Below are positions 1 through 16,346 of a stretch of DNA of 64,000 nucleotides, piece after piece. Below the pieces are notes generated by a model, which did no database searches, was not told the DNA's origin, and saw only the letters and a list, made by a program, of their open reading frames with translations. The DNA is taken from contig DF237138.1 in the NCBI GenBank assembly GCA_000708835.1, forward strand, positions 91,868 to 155,867, given 5' to 3'. The stretch's first letter is position 1. The number at the start of each line of letters is the position of its first letter. The stretch is from Klebsormidium nitens. Lineage: Eukaryota > Plantae > Klebsormidiophyceae. Made by a program: the position numbers and the translations under genes.

Positions 1-224
1 CTCACAATCAGCAAAGACCCTGGGCTCGATGCCCTGTTCGAGATGATCGAAACCCATCTTGATGTAGGCGTCTTCATCTGCTTCTTTAGCCTTGTCAGAC
101 AGACAAGGCTAGTTCTTGACTTTCATTTGACCGCTATTTCTCATTCCGACACAAGATATAATTTACCTGGCACTTTTGTGATTCAGCTCTGAGTATAACT
201 GGTCACATCGGTTCTCTTTTGCAG

Positions 225-4487
<4,263 letters not shown>

Positions 4488-6863
4488 GTGAGAAACCCTC
4501 TTTTGGTGAACAGCAAAACATTTTGGCTGCTTTGCGGGTATGGAATAGGGCTTTCAAGTCAGTCGATTCCTTGATTGGGGCGCTCCGCAAGGACTCGTGT
4601 TTCCAACCGTGAGGAGACCTGCTTTTGGTTGAGTCACTTTGTACACTGGCTGGTATGCGGGTGTGCAAATAGGGCCTTTCAGACTGGTCCTTTTGAGGCG
4701 TCTTGCCGGTTGGTGCTTCTTTCGTGGTCCTTTCTCGCTTCCGCGAAGTGCGTCGAGGTTTGCTGGCAAGGCACCTAAACCTTTGCGACCGCTGTACCTT
4801 GGGATTCATTTGCCGGTCAGGATTCCCTTCAAGAGAAAGTTCAGGCTTCATTTTCTAGAAGTTTATGCTTTAGAGATTACCTTTACTGTCGTTTCCCTTG
4901 TCCCTTTGGGGAGGAGGTTCGCTTTTGTAGGACTGACTTTTACGTTGGCTGAGACATGATTGTGCGAGGCACCGCTCAATCGGTTTACATTTCAGAGGTG
5001 GAAGGGTTTGACTTCCCGCAGTTGCGAAGAAGCGGGGTCTACTTTGTTAGTGGCCAGTCATGCCGCCGTTTAAGCAGACGGTTCTGATTTCAACGGCCGC
5101 ATTCCCTTGCGAGGAGCATCCTCCTGGTCTTCTTAGGAACGAGCAGCCACGGACAACAGCCTACTTTTTGTTTTGGAAGCATGACGGTCAACCAGATTTC
5201 GTTCGTGAAGCTGTTCCAAGCCTCAGAAGGAGTGGGTGGCAATCTCTAAGTTGGGTTCGCTGTTGGATGCAGGCCAAAATCGGGGGCGCTCGCGCGGCTC
5301 GGGCCAGCGGTATCGCGACTCAAGCAAACGGTGGGACAAAAGCATGTATGCCGATAAGTTTTCCATGGGGCGGCGGGATCGATGGTAAATTCAGCAGTGC
5401 GTGTACAAAGGACGCAGTTATAGTGTCGCAGTTTCGTTGGGCTCGTGCGGTTAACGCTGAGAAGCTGGGTCAGCTTTGTGCAGCGGTCATCAAATTCTTG
5501 AGCCTGGGGCGAAAGGAGTTGTGCAAAAGCGGTATATTGGCTCAGCACTACCTAAAATCCATGTCTACCATACACTATTTTTACCTCAGGCTGCCCGCAA
5601 GTCAAACAACAAGGGTGCATTCATTTGTCGGGTCGTCTATTCACCGAAGGTACTTAAGTTTTGATCAATATTGACAAGCCATGGTATGTCCCCTCATTAT
5701 TGCGCGATAGCTCTGGTTACAACTGACATCTAAGCCTAGCTATGAGCGGTGAACCTGCTGTGCCAGGCGGCTCAGCTGGTCTTTGTGGAGATCAGTCCGC
5801 AAAACCTATGCTTGAGGAGGGAGTCAGGCCGAAATTGAATGTAGTTGCGCTTCTGAAGTTGATGCAAGCTATGTGCCGTCGAAGACAATTGTCTACGCTG
5901 CTGGATTTTGCAATCGAAGCGTGAGGCGAAAGCATGATTCAACTGGGCACTCAAAAGCACTAGCTAAGTTAAAGCATCACGTAGGCCACGATTGCAAGGG
6001 GACGACGTGTCAAACCAAGCGCCTGGCGCTAGGGTGAGTCTGCATGCATGCGCGCTGCTGCCATGATGGTCTTGTTATAGATGCTCACTGCCTCAGTTCC
6101 CTGCCGGGCCCGGTCAATGTACCAGGGCCGCAAAAATGGCAGGTTAGCTTTGCCGGGGCATGGCTTCTAGATCATGTTAAGTTGAATAGTTGGCGAATCT
6201 GGTATATTGCTTTGGACTTGGAATAATTCGTGCCCAATGGTGACAAATCTGAGTTCAAGGCCATTGATCTTATGCATCGATCAAGGTATGCATGCTTGAA
6301 ATCGTTTGCGAGCCATTATCTGCAATTAATTGTAGCTAGCCTCCAGGCAGATTTTAGAATTCCTAACGCGCTCCAAGGCATCATGGGCATAATCATGGAA
6401 AATTATAGATCTGCTTTGTCTTTATGTCCGTCTGCTTGATTGTCTAGCTCTTAAAGGCTAAGCGCGATCGAGGCGCAGTCGCTTTGACCAACTTGGCAAT
6501 GTTGGAAGGGGGTTCTAAGTTTATCATAAGCTCATATCTCGCACTGTAGCAAGCGCTCTTGCCGGTGTCACTTCAATGCACAGCCACCTTATTCTGGAAT
6601 GTCTAGCCGCCATTTTAAGAGGGCGTCAGATTTCAAAGCGCACTAGTGGCATCTGAGTCCCGAGGGAAATTCTCGGACGGACTAGACTGCATGTTGAAAT
6701 TTGGCCCGAGCGACCAAAATGCACCATTTTCCGGTATATGGTCGCCGAGGCGTGACGAGTCCCAAGACGCCCTCTTTAAGCGTGTCGGCATGCTTGGACG
6801 ACAAACCAAACAGCAGGCCCTGTTACAACGCAACCCGTATGTCAACTGCCGTTTGCCCGCTGG

Positions 6864-9800
6864 CTAACCCACAACACCTCCGAAAACGAGGCCCGCAATG
6901 GCGGGTACAATCAAAGCAGTCCAACGAAGCGTGGCCCCTTTTCCGCTTCCACCCGTCTGATCCGCTACGCTGCCCTCGTCGCCAGTCGACGACACCGGAG
7001 GTTGCGTCGTTCCGATGATGCCTAGCAAACGAAAGAATAACTGTTGAGAATACAGAAAAGTGCAGCGAAAGATCGACTCTGTCGAACCACAATCATCTAA
7101 ACAGTCTCAGAAGTGGGCTCAATTTTATCATAAAGTAGCTAGATTCACGTTGACTCGAGCTACTCTCCAAACAGTCGGGGTCTTTAGGTGATACCGGATG
7201 TGTAGCGTGCTAATATCTGATGAAAGATTCGATCTGGCTATGCTTTTGGTCTCCCGTCTTCATGTAAATCTAGGAGCTGATTCTTTTCAGGAGCGTTTTG
7301 CCCTTGGTTGGGCAGAGTCACTGGAAATAGCAAAGCAAAACACCGTTCACTCGAATCACAATTATCTGTTTTAATCGGACCAATCAAAGAGAAACACGTG
7401 GCGCGCCCACACCTCCGCTCGGTGTCGCGCTCGCGATGGAGCTGCCGTCCAACCCGAGCCGGAACGCGCACGTGCCGGTTGAGGGATCCCTCTGAGTAAC
7501 TGTTGCTACGCCGTCGAAGTTACACGTGTTGTCCCCCTGTTGGTGGTGCTGGTAATACGTGTTGAAGGCGTATGAAGCGTGGAGCAACGTGCTGTTGTTC
7601 TGCACGAACACGGGACCCGAACACAAGCGTAAGGAAGAAGAAAATAGATTCTGAAGAGCCCGATCCCGAATCGGCTGAGGGCGGGTCAGCATCGCAATCG
7701 CCCCAGGAGCCGGGGGATGAAGATAATCTCGTTAGTACTCGGCCGTTAAGGCTGGGGTAAAGCCCAATGCCGTTGTTTTGCTCTGGTCGACATCGCAAAG
7801 ATCTCATTGATTTCTTCTGCGTGGGGCCTTCAGCGGTGGTCGAACCGACCCTTATGCCCTTTCGGCAGAGAGCCTATGGGTCTTTTGAAAAACGCTAACA
7901 TTTAAGTACAACTCCTTCTCGCGTCACTGGAAGGCCCGAGGCGCTCAAAGTACCACAGAAGTTTTCGACCTCTTTTCCAATTCTGGTTCTAACTTAATTA
8001 ATGATATGCTGATAAATTATTTGCAGCTTACTCCGTAGCACGAGCCGCCCGGTTGCAGCGGCGTGCAGTCCGCGCCGCCCTCGTAGCACGCGTACTGGAT
8101 CGCCGCTAGCAAGTCCTTGACGAGGACTCCCGTCCTGGCGACGCACCACTGGAAGACAACGGTGACGAAATGTCGGTCTCGATTCTGCCGTGTTTACCAA
8201 TTTCACCAAGCGAGTTTGCTCACTATCGGACTTGAACCGATAACCTAGAAGGAACGGATTTTCAGTCTGTCGTGTTTACCAATTTCACCAAGAGAAGAAA
8301 CAGAACCCCAAAGCAATCTCGTGGGTATTGACGCCGAGAGGGTCCATTTGGAAGTCAGAGTCCTGAGCGTTACGGGCAGCTTTAGTGGCAGTAATGCTTC
8401 TCGTGTACGGAATTCAGAGTCTGATTCTTCGAGTGATAGTGGCGCCGGCGGTTAATTCCTGTGAATCATTGTATTACAGTGGGCTTTGAGAAATGAAGGT
8501 CGTGCAGGATTCAACTGGTCGTGAGACGCTCGTACAAGTGCGCCGTACCTGGGTTGGCAGCAGTTTAGGGCTGGCGCTGACTAACGTCCCGGAAGAAGCG
8601 CCAGTCAGATCCAAAGCGTACTTGGCAACTCCCTGCAGAAACAATCGTCCGCCTTTTCAGACTCCTGTTACTCGCACCAAGAATGCTTCCAGGGATTCCG
8701 AAGAAATACCCACAAAAACTCCGAATTTGAGCAGATTCAGTGCTTTTAAAACGGGGAATGAGCCAAAGGTTGAGGTGCACGAAGAGGCAGAAGGTTCTGA
8801 GATCACGCCGAATCAGGTGGATCTGAGCGGATTTCCGGTCATGGCACATACCAGCGGAACTTCTGACATGCCGGAAACTGATCGAGCGGAACTCGAAGCT
8901 GCTTAAGTTGAAGGTGCCTTTCGTTCAACTGGTCCCCATAGGTACCTCTTTTGGCATTTATTGGTGTATTATTTGCCCAGGTCTCAGCCCAACCTTCACC
9001 GGTTCCTTCAACCAGGCACTCGTCGCCCTTACCGTCTCGGTAAAAAGCCCCCAGTGCCGCTCGAAAAAGATACCCGAGGACACGTCCTTCTGGTCTTCGT
9101 CGAGAAGCTCGAAGAAATACGTGGTGACCTGCAGGCGGAGCGGACATGTCCGACTCTGATTCAGATTCAATCGCTGCCGTCTATCTTTTGCCGTCAAAAG
9201 GATGGACGTTCCAGATTCGTTGTTACTCAAGGGTTTTGCACTGTTGGCCGGGACCCTTTGCGGAACCATACCCGAATGCGGTTAAGCTGGCCACGACTAA
9301 AGCATGCAAACACGCACAGGGGTAAAGTACCGTCAATCAAGGCGGGTTTATTCTCCGGTTAAATGCCCTTCTGCCAAACGAAGCTGGTTAAGAACTGGTT
9401 AGTGGCCCTTAAACCAGCTTTGATTGAGAGCGAAATCTTTCTCTGACGGTTGTCTGCATGTTTCTCTCGTGAAGATCGGAACGGCTGCGACACGCTTGAC
9501 TCTTTAGCCTTCGTAACATATCATATCAGAAAAGAATAAAGGTATAAGATTCAAAAGAGCAAAAAGATAGAGTCCAAGTGACCATCCGGGGAAGTCCTAG
9601 TGACGAACCCATCCTTCTTGTACTTTTAGTCTTTCTGCTTACTTCTTTTGGCAACCTTTCCGGGGATTTTTGGGCACGTGCTTATGCACTTCGCCTACCT
9701 GTTTTCCCGGTCGGAGGGGAGTCCCCGGGCTGTTGATAAGGTGCTGAACTAGCGCTTGATTGAACTCCCGGGCGAGGGCGGGGGTTGCAGTTGGAGCGCC

Positions 9801-12800
9801 GTCGGTGGGCCAGCCTGCGGGTGGTGATTGATTCTAGGGTTTGAGGGTTTAATGGTAAGGATTTCAGGGTTAAGGTTTCAGGGGTTTAGGGTTTTAGTGC
9901 TGCACCAGCTTCTGGTTGAACTCCCGGGCGAGGGCTTGGGGTCGCGGTCGGAGTGCCGTCGGTGGGCCAGGCTGCGAAGATACCTCTTCAGTTTTAGAAA
10001 CAGTGAGCTTTGAAGAACATTGTAAGCTCCTGACGCCAAACTAAGAAAGTGGCTCTTGCGGACTCACCTGCTCGGCAATCTTACCTGTCCTAAACCCCAG
10101 GTTAACCCACCCGACTCAGGCTAGTAAGCTTACAATCCCCACGTTCGCTTACTGCTTTTCAAGTCGCAGCTGCATCTCGTGGGTATTGAAAGGAGGAGGT
10201 TTCGTAACATGACGGGTTTGAAATGAGTACATCGGTCCATTGATTCAGTGTAGCATTTTACGTACTCTGCAATTGTCAATAACCACATGATTGATCCACA
10301 TTGACGCGCGCTGAATTCGTCCGCAGAGCTTAAAATTTTTGCACGCTAGCATCACAAAAGTTTTGGATCAAAGGTCTCGGGATACAGGAGAATAGCGGAT
10401 ACACTTTACCACCTGACCAAATTCTGACCTTGAATGCATCGGAAATATAAAAAGGGGGTCGATCCAATCATTACCTGCCTCCCCAACATTTACTTCCAGG
10501 TTTGGATATCCCGCAGCTTTTATGGCCGAGACGAAGGCGTCAACGCCCATGTCAAAGGCGTTCGTGTAGCGCAGCCCCGTTCCGCTGTCCACGTAGCTGC
10601 CGTTCTCGCGGAACAAGATCAGCTCCAGCGGAATGTCCGTGCCCTGGCCGGATTCGAGAAGGTGGCGTCAGTCGATATGAAACTCATATTTTGCGCATGA
10701 GGAAAGAAATACAGAAGCCGAATGAGGAGAAATGTTATTGGGCAAGCACAGCAGGTTCCGCTAGACGGAAACGGAATCGCTTCGAAGCGGAGCGGTCTGA
10801 AGTTCGTTTCTGAGATCTGGCAACCAGCTGCGGTCGACCGGGACTCGTTTCCCCGATGTATTTGAAGTTGCTGAGTCAAAATAAACGGCCACGTTCTTCG
10901 TGATCCCAAAGTGAATCTCTTGAAAACAGGCAATGTGGAAGTACTTTCACTTTTCCTCTGCGTTTCAGATGACGTCACGCTGACGTACCAGTCCGTCGCT
11001 CCCCATGTGAAGGTAAGGGTAGACGTTGGCGGTGAAGAAAGAGCCCGACTTGTCCAGCAACGCCAGGATCTTCTGCAGTTCCGCTTGGACGCCCGGGCGG
11101 AACGCACCTACAAGAACGGAAGCGGAAAGGGTCGCTTGGATATCACGAAGATGCAATAGGGTTGGGACGTAGAGCATGCAGAAGCAATTTCAGTAAGCGG
11201 GGAACGGAGAAGGAAACAATAGAGAAACATGAAATTTAGGAAAGCGTGTAGGAACATGTATACAGCGGGAAAGGTCGGGAATATTCACGAACCAAAAGGT
11301 GGAAAGAGTCTCGTCATCTGAGTTCGTAAAGATGGTGGGTTCTGAGGGAACGCTTCAATCTGACAACCACCTTTTTGACATAAGGAAAATGGCTTCAAAG
11401 GATAACCAATCAAAATCTTAAATGCAAACCATTGATCGAGATACCCGCTTCTCCAGAATTCGGATCCATAGTACAGAATCGGTAAGTCGGAAACATTTCA
11501 AGATTGGGTCAAACACAAGGAGATTGAATCTTGTCGGATTCGTCTTTGCTTACCGTCGGACGGGGCCTGAAATGAAAGGTCCGTAAAACTCGTGGGCTCC
11601 AAAGGAAGTGTCAGCTTTGTTATCTCCACAACGAAAATCAAGATAAGCGACGGAGAATCGTCATACTGAACCTCAGAGAAATAGGAACAGCAGCCCATTT
11701 GGTGTTTGAATCGCTTACCGTCGGAAGGAGGTTGAAATGATAGGTCGGTAAGGATCGTGGGCTCCAATGGAATTGTCAGCTTGATCGTCCCGTCGAGGCC
11801 CGCAGCCTGAAGCGCCATAAGCAGGTTGTTCATGGCGGGGTATACGAGCCCCACGTATTTGGTGCCGTATAAGTATGGGTTCAGCGCCTCGTTCCCGACG
11901 GCTATGCACCTGAGGAAGGCGGATAAAGAATGCGCTTATGAAAGGGCAAATGCAGGGATGTAGCGGCCGGGGCATGAGGATTAGTCTCTGGTGACTTCTC
12001 GCAGGGGCAGATGTCTTTCCCATTGCCAGACTCTCGACATCCATAAATAGCGCCCGTTCGTTGTGTGGACATTTTCCTGAGGATCCGATCAGAGCGCTTA
12101 AGGAGGTTAGCAGAGAAGAAGAAGCTACTAAATCAAAGGCTTCTGGTCTTGCAAGGCCGACCGGTACCGAGAGCATTTGAATCACAAAACGACGAGCGAA
12201 GAACCGACCCCTGCAGGTACGGCTTCACGATAGATGGAATATCGTTTCGGAACCTTTTCGTCTCCAATTTCTTTCAGAAAGTCTACCCGCTTTATTAAAC
12301 TCATTCACTCCCTGTATGGATTTTTCGATCGTACCCGTTTGTCTCTTGATGCTTAAAAGACCCCGAAACTCACGTGCTGTTGTTTTCATAGGACAAGGTA
12401 CGGCTTTCCATCACAATTACTTATGTGTTACTGTTGAACATTGCCTTTTCACGAAGGATCCCACCTTAGCTACACTCATGTTCGGAAGCATCCTTTCGCA
12501 GTTTGAGGGACCTCAAGATTGAGCAAAAGACTCACGTGATGTTTGCTCCCGCGAGAAACCCCACCCCCAGGTGCGGCTTCACGTTAGCCGCAAGCCAGCT
12601 GCTTGCATAGCTCACATTCGCGGCAAGGTTTGGAAGCTCGCCGTTTGGCGCGGCCACCATGACTTCGATGCCGGTCCCCGCTAGAGCGGACAGCACCCCG
12701 GAGTTGGTGTCAAAGAGCTTGACCTGGATATAGACGGACGAGATTGGCACTCTCGAAAACAGGAAGAGAACGCAATGAAGTGTGCGAAGATGTACAATCC

Positions 12801-13530
12801 ACCTACATCATCTACTGTAGAAGACAACACCGGGACCATTCCGACGGGTTTACTCTTTTTGCAGACAAAGCGAACCAACTTTGAACTGGTAGTCTTCTCG
12901 GAGCTAATTCAGTGGCTCTTGAACCTTGAAAATATGCAACCCAAGAGCATGGAGATTTTGAGTCGGGTCATGCCCAGCAGTTTGGCGTTCGCTTATATCG
13001 TTTGTTCCCAGTATTTAGAATGGACAGAAGATTCCACAGGTATAATGATGGTCGCTGGAAGTGAGCTCATCGTACCCAAGTGACCAGAGTATGAAGTAGT
13101 TGTTCGCAATGTTTGAAGAGCCTTGCAACAAACCAAGCAGAAATTGCGAAACGCTACTCTAAGTATGTCAGTTGCCTGCGGATCACGGCAACTTGGAACG
13201 AAAGAGTATCTTGTAGCCGGAGGGGTTTACAGGCCGTGCCTAATAAGACTGGTGATTGCCACTACATGCATCAACAGGTGAGTATAACAGATACACCAGT
13301 GAGTTTGTAGCAACAAATTCGCTCCATGAACTAGACCGGCAAGAGAGCCTTCTCCTACTTACCTTGCTGAAGCCATTCTTCTGCATCAAGTCGACTACCA
13401 CAGAATAGGCGAGGGGCGTTGAGGAGAGCAATGACCCGTAGTTGACACCAATCAGACTGCGGGGGCTGGCGGCCGCTGCCACACTCCCCGACAGTGTCAA
13501 TGACAAAAGCAGAGCGAGCGAACGCAGCAT
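6864..13530 (-). CDS. Glucan endo-1,3-beta-glucosidase (GH17) with X8/CBM43 domain, signal peptide and GPI-signal-like C-terminus, ~530 aa
   Basis: Exons 13530-13363, 12723-12536, 11909-11719, 11107-10989, 10643-10475, 9814-9699, 9128-9033, 8632-8549, 8148-8032, 7599-7413, 7021-6864 (1593 nt, phases consistent). Motifs: IGVNYG, CIAVGNEA (acid/base), VGEAGWPT (nucleophile), ERHWGLF, X8 WCVA...YAC...ADC...GSC...HASYAFN.YY...CNF.G, hydrophobic tail TALIVPAIAGLVFGGVVG*. The last exon is less certain than the rest. Confidence 0.93.
8189..8297 (-). pseudogene. tRNA-Leu-like (class II, organellar type) fragment in head-to-tail arrangement inside a glucanase intron
   Basis: Minus strand reads ttggtgaaattggtaaacacg (D arm), acaga-ctGAAaa-tccgt (anticodon arm, one mismatch), cct-tct-agg (variable arm), atcgg-ttcaagt-ccgat (T arm), agtgagc-a, then a, actcgct and a second D arm. 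The long variable arm is Leu/Ser-type; the GAA anticodon is probably a mutated CAA (inference). Confidence 0.65.
9834..9897 (+). repeat. Degenerate interstitial telomere-like repeat (TTTAGGG/TTTTAGGG-like)
   Basis: ctagggtttgagggtttaatggtaaggatttcagggttaaggtttcaggggtttagggttttag, lying between glucanase exon 9814-9699 and a decayed copy of that exon. Confidence 0.7.
9897..9979 (-). repeat. Intronic decayed copy of the acceptor and 5' part of glucanase exon 9814-9699
   Basis: Minus strand tcgcag|cc tgg ccc acc gac ggc act ccg acc gcg acc cca (+1 nt) gcc ctc gcc cgg gag ttc aac cag aag ctg gtg cag cac versus exon GWPTDGAPTATPALAREFNQALVQH. Confidence 0.9.
11548..11620 (-). repeat. Intronic decayed copy of the 3' end and donor of glucanase exon 11909-11719
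   Basis: aagctgacacttcctttggagcccacgagttttacggacctttcatttcaggccccgtccgacg|gtaagc versus exon aagctgacaattccattggagcccacgatccttaccgacctatcatttcaacctccttccgacg|gtaagc. Confidence 0.9.
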
Positions 13531-14612
13531 TGTGAGTGGCCCCCAGGCAATGCTGTGATGCCTTGCTGGTCCTGCCATCACTCCCCTTCAAAAAGCTTCA
13601 GTATGGTGCTAACATACGTCTGACTGAACACCGCGCAAGGCCTGAAAGTATCTGTCAAGTTGACTCACTTCAAGCCTATGCGCCTGATACCACCATGGCT
13701 TTTCTGATCCAATGCAGAAGAGCATGGTGAACAAACACCTCAGATATCAGAGACGCAGCAGTCTCCACCAGCGGCAATCTCTACATCATATTCTGCATGA
13801 TGTCATGCATCGTGAAAGCAGCACTGATTTGGCAGAGGGGGGACAAGGAGAATGATTATTTTAGCGACCCTGAGCCCGGGGACTGTTGGAAGGTGCCTAT
13901 AGTGACCTGGGGTGGACTTTTCCCGGGAGATATGAACGTCTTGTGTCAAAGAGTACAAGAGGATGGTACGATGATATATGTAACACAGGCAAGATGCATT
14001 GACCCAGTAGGTCCTCTCCGACTTTGAGATAACTTGTGCCAGCAAGACAAACCCGAATCCTGACCCAGAACGATGAGGCCCATGAGGAGGTACACACCGT
14101 TCGATAATTAGCATTTATGCATCGATGGTTGAATATCTGCCATTTGTACATGTGGAGATGTGATCAAGATGCATACGTCAGATAAGGCACCTTCCAACAG
14201 CCCCCGGGCTCAGGGTCCTGAAAAGAACCATTCTCCTTGTCCGCCCTCTGGCAGCATTCTCGCTAGTCAGCATAAACCCTCTCAGCCCAGTCAGCACATT
14301 CTGCCGCCATCTGCAGTCTCGCGGCTCGAAGTTTTTGCGCCAGCGGTGCAACTGAAGGCCGTCGGATGATTTCAATCACATAGATTGACGGTTCGATGGG
14401 GCTGATTGCAAAACGTGCGTGCAGTTGCTTTCAATCGGTCCCCGGCGAAAGGTTTGGTGTCAAAGTAACTTCGAAATTGGCGTGTCACGTGGCCGTCGAT
14501 AACTAATGGATGGCTACGATAGCATCTAAGTTAGGCATCTCGTCAAATCTCCGAGAAGAGTGACTAGGAGGAAGCAATAAAAGCCATGCAACGCTTTGTT
14601 GGACACTCTTGT

Positions 14613-14801
14613 ACTCCGATAACTCTCGTGTGACCTAAGAGCCGTGTGACCTAAGATAGGCACCCGGGGGACAGGTGGGGTTGGTATGGTGGTTAGGGTG
14701 GGTTGGGGTGCGGAGCGGGTGTTTATCTGGGTTAGGTTTTTAGTTTGAAGTGCCCGGTTGACTCGTATTTAAGGTCACACGCACACGAGAGTTATCGGTA
14801 T
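14613..14801. mobile_element. MITE, 189 bp, 9-bp target-site duplication (Mutator-like signature)
   Basis: Direct repeat cactcttgt at 14604-14612 and 14802-14810. Inverted arms actccgataactctcgtgtg... and ...cacacgagagttatcggtat. The G-rich core is homologous to 32259-32371. Confidence 0.8.
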
Positions 14802-16346
14802 CACTCTTGTATGTTGTGCTGATATCGACATTCCAATTCAGCAAGTCATCTCTAAGTTCAAAAGTCAACGCCGCAGCCACCAAGACTATTCATGGGGGAC
14901 TCTTTACACTCTTTCAGGGTTCTGACTTTGTCAGAGATATCCTAGATCCTCTATTGATTCTACTGCCCAAGACTTTTCCCGTAGCAAAGAAGATTCTCAT
15001 GGTCACATTCCGCAAGCAGGTTCGTCAATCACGGGCAGGCTTTGAAGTAAACTACATCACTACAGGGCTGAAACATTGATTGTTGCGTGCTGAACAATGA
15101 GTTGCCAGAAGAGGATGATCGCTGCAGCAATATTGATCGACAGGGGCCAACAATAAGGTGAAAAACGGCTGAATCTTCGTCCAAGTGCAGAGCAAAGGGT
15201 TTGCAGCACGCAATGCTGGGGGACTAAGGGCCTTCTTAGCCCTAATTGGTCATTTTGGGGCACCATGCGTAGGATTGCATGGCCATGAGGGGATATAAGG
15301 TTTCCAGGTACAGGTGGAGAGCCACAGCATTTTGCATTGCTGGCGCGTACTAAGGGAACCCTTGACTCACAACAGGCAAGGGCTCGATCCTGTAGCACGT
15401 TGCAGACAGCTTTCCTTACATTCCCATCCTTGGTTCTGTGATGCAATGCTGTGCTAGCATCTCTGAACAAGACGAGGTTTCTGCTGGCATGTTGGAATGT
15501 GGTTATGTAAGCAGCCCTTTGTTGCCACTAAGAAAAGTTAAGAAACATCCACCGCTGGAGGAAGGTGTAGACCAGAAGCCTCTACGCCTGTCTTTGGAAC
15601 GTTGAGCATCCAGGATCTGCTGTTGGTGGCTCAAAAGGGGTGTGTCAGATGTCTGCGATCCTGGTCAGGCATTTGACTGTGCCACTGCGCAAGGCCAGCA
15701 AGACCACCGCTGAGCCTGCTAAGTATTGATCCCGAGCACACTTGTGTAAGCCTGGACACATGACGCGCTGAGAAGCAATGCGCCATGCAGACATAAACTC
15801 ACAGAAGATTACAAACAGAAGGCATCCCTTGAATTGTGGGCTCAGCAAATGCCAGCGCATCAACCATAGCAAACTTGGGAACATCCTGGAGCTTGGAACT
15901 GGACAATCTGCTGGTCAAGTTTTTCAGAGGAAGCAGATTGACGCAGCAGAGAGAGAGAGACCGTGACCATTAAGTACGTAGATCAGCGCTGAGTCACCTG
16001 CAACAACAAGTCGCGAGGACTGTCAAATGGAAAGCTCTTGAGGAAGATCTTTGTGCATCCTGCCAGTGCTCGAGTCAGCTCTGTAAAGGCGGCATGCATT
16101 GGGGCAGTTCTAAAATGTAAAAAGAGTGGCCCTCGTTGGGCCATAAACAAAATCGCCAGGACTTTCTCCAGCAGACGTGATACTTTGAAGCTATTTTTCC
16201 ATCGTTTCTGTGGCACCCTTTCTCACTACGAGGGCTCAGCATCCAGGTTCAGCAATACAGCACCCAATCACTTCCAACCTCGTACATTAATTGACTGCTG
16301 GTTGAACCTCTGTGCCAATGTTGCAGGTAGCCTGACACGTGTCACC

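Noticed and set aside
4996-5674. Possible last helicase exon (from 4996) and a 204-aa ORF (5060-5674)
   Set aside because: The phase fits but there is no recognisable motif or typical coding bias, so neither can be supported.
8493-9362. Plus-strand ORFs that first looked like a decayed retrotransposon gag, with an LTR-like tract near 9530-9740
   Set aside because: They are antisense to glucanase exons 8632-8549, 9128-9033 and 9814-9699, which splice in frame and carry GH17 motifs.
15060-15966. ORFs upstream of the kinesin as a LINE or retrogene remnant
   Set aside because: No reverse transcriptase or endonuclease motif, or any other recognisable motif, was found.
16038-16346. N-terminal extension of the kinesin from the long ORF
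   Set aside because: It starts at TTG, has no kinesin-like character, and an acceptor at 16326 suggests a 5' UTR intron. The ATG at 16347 fits better.
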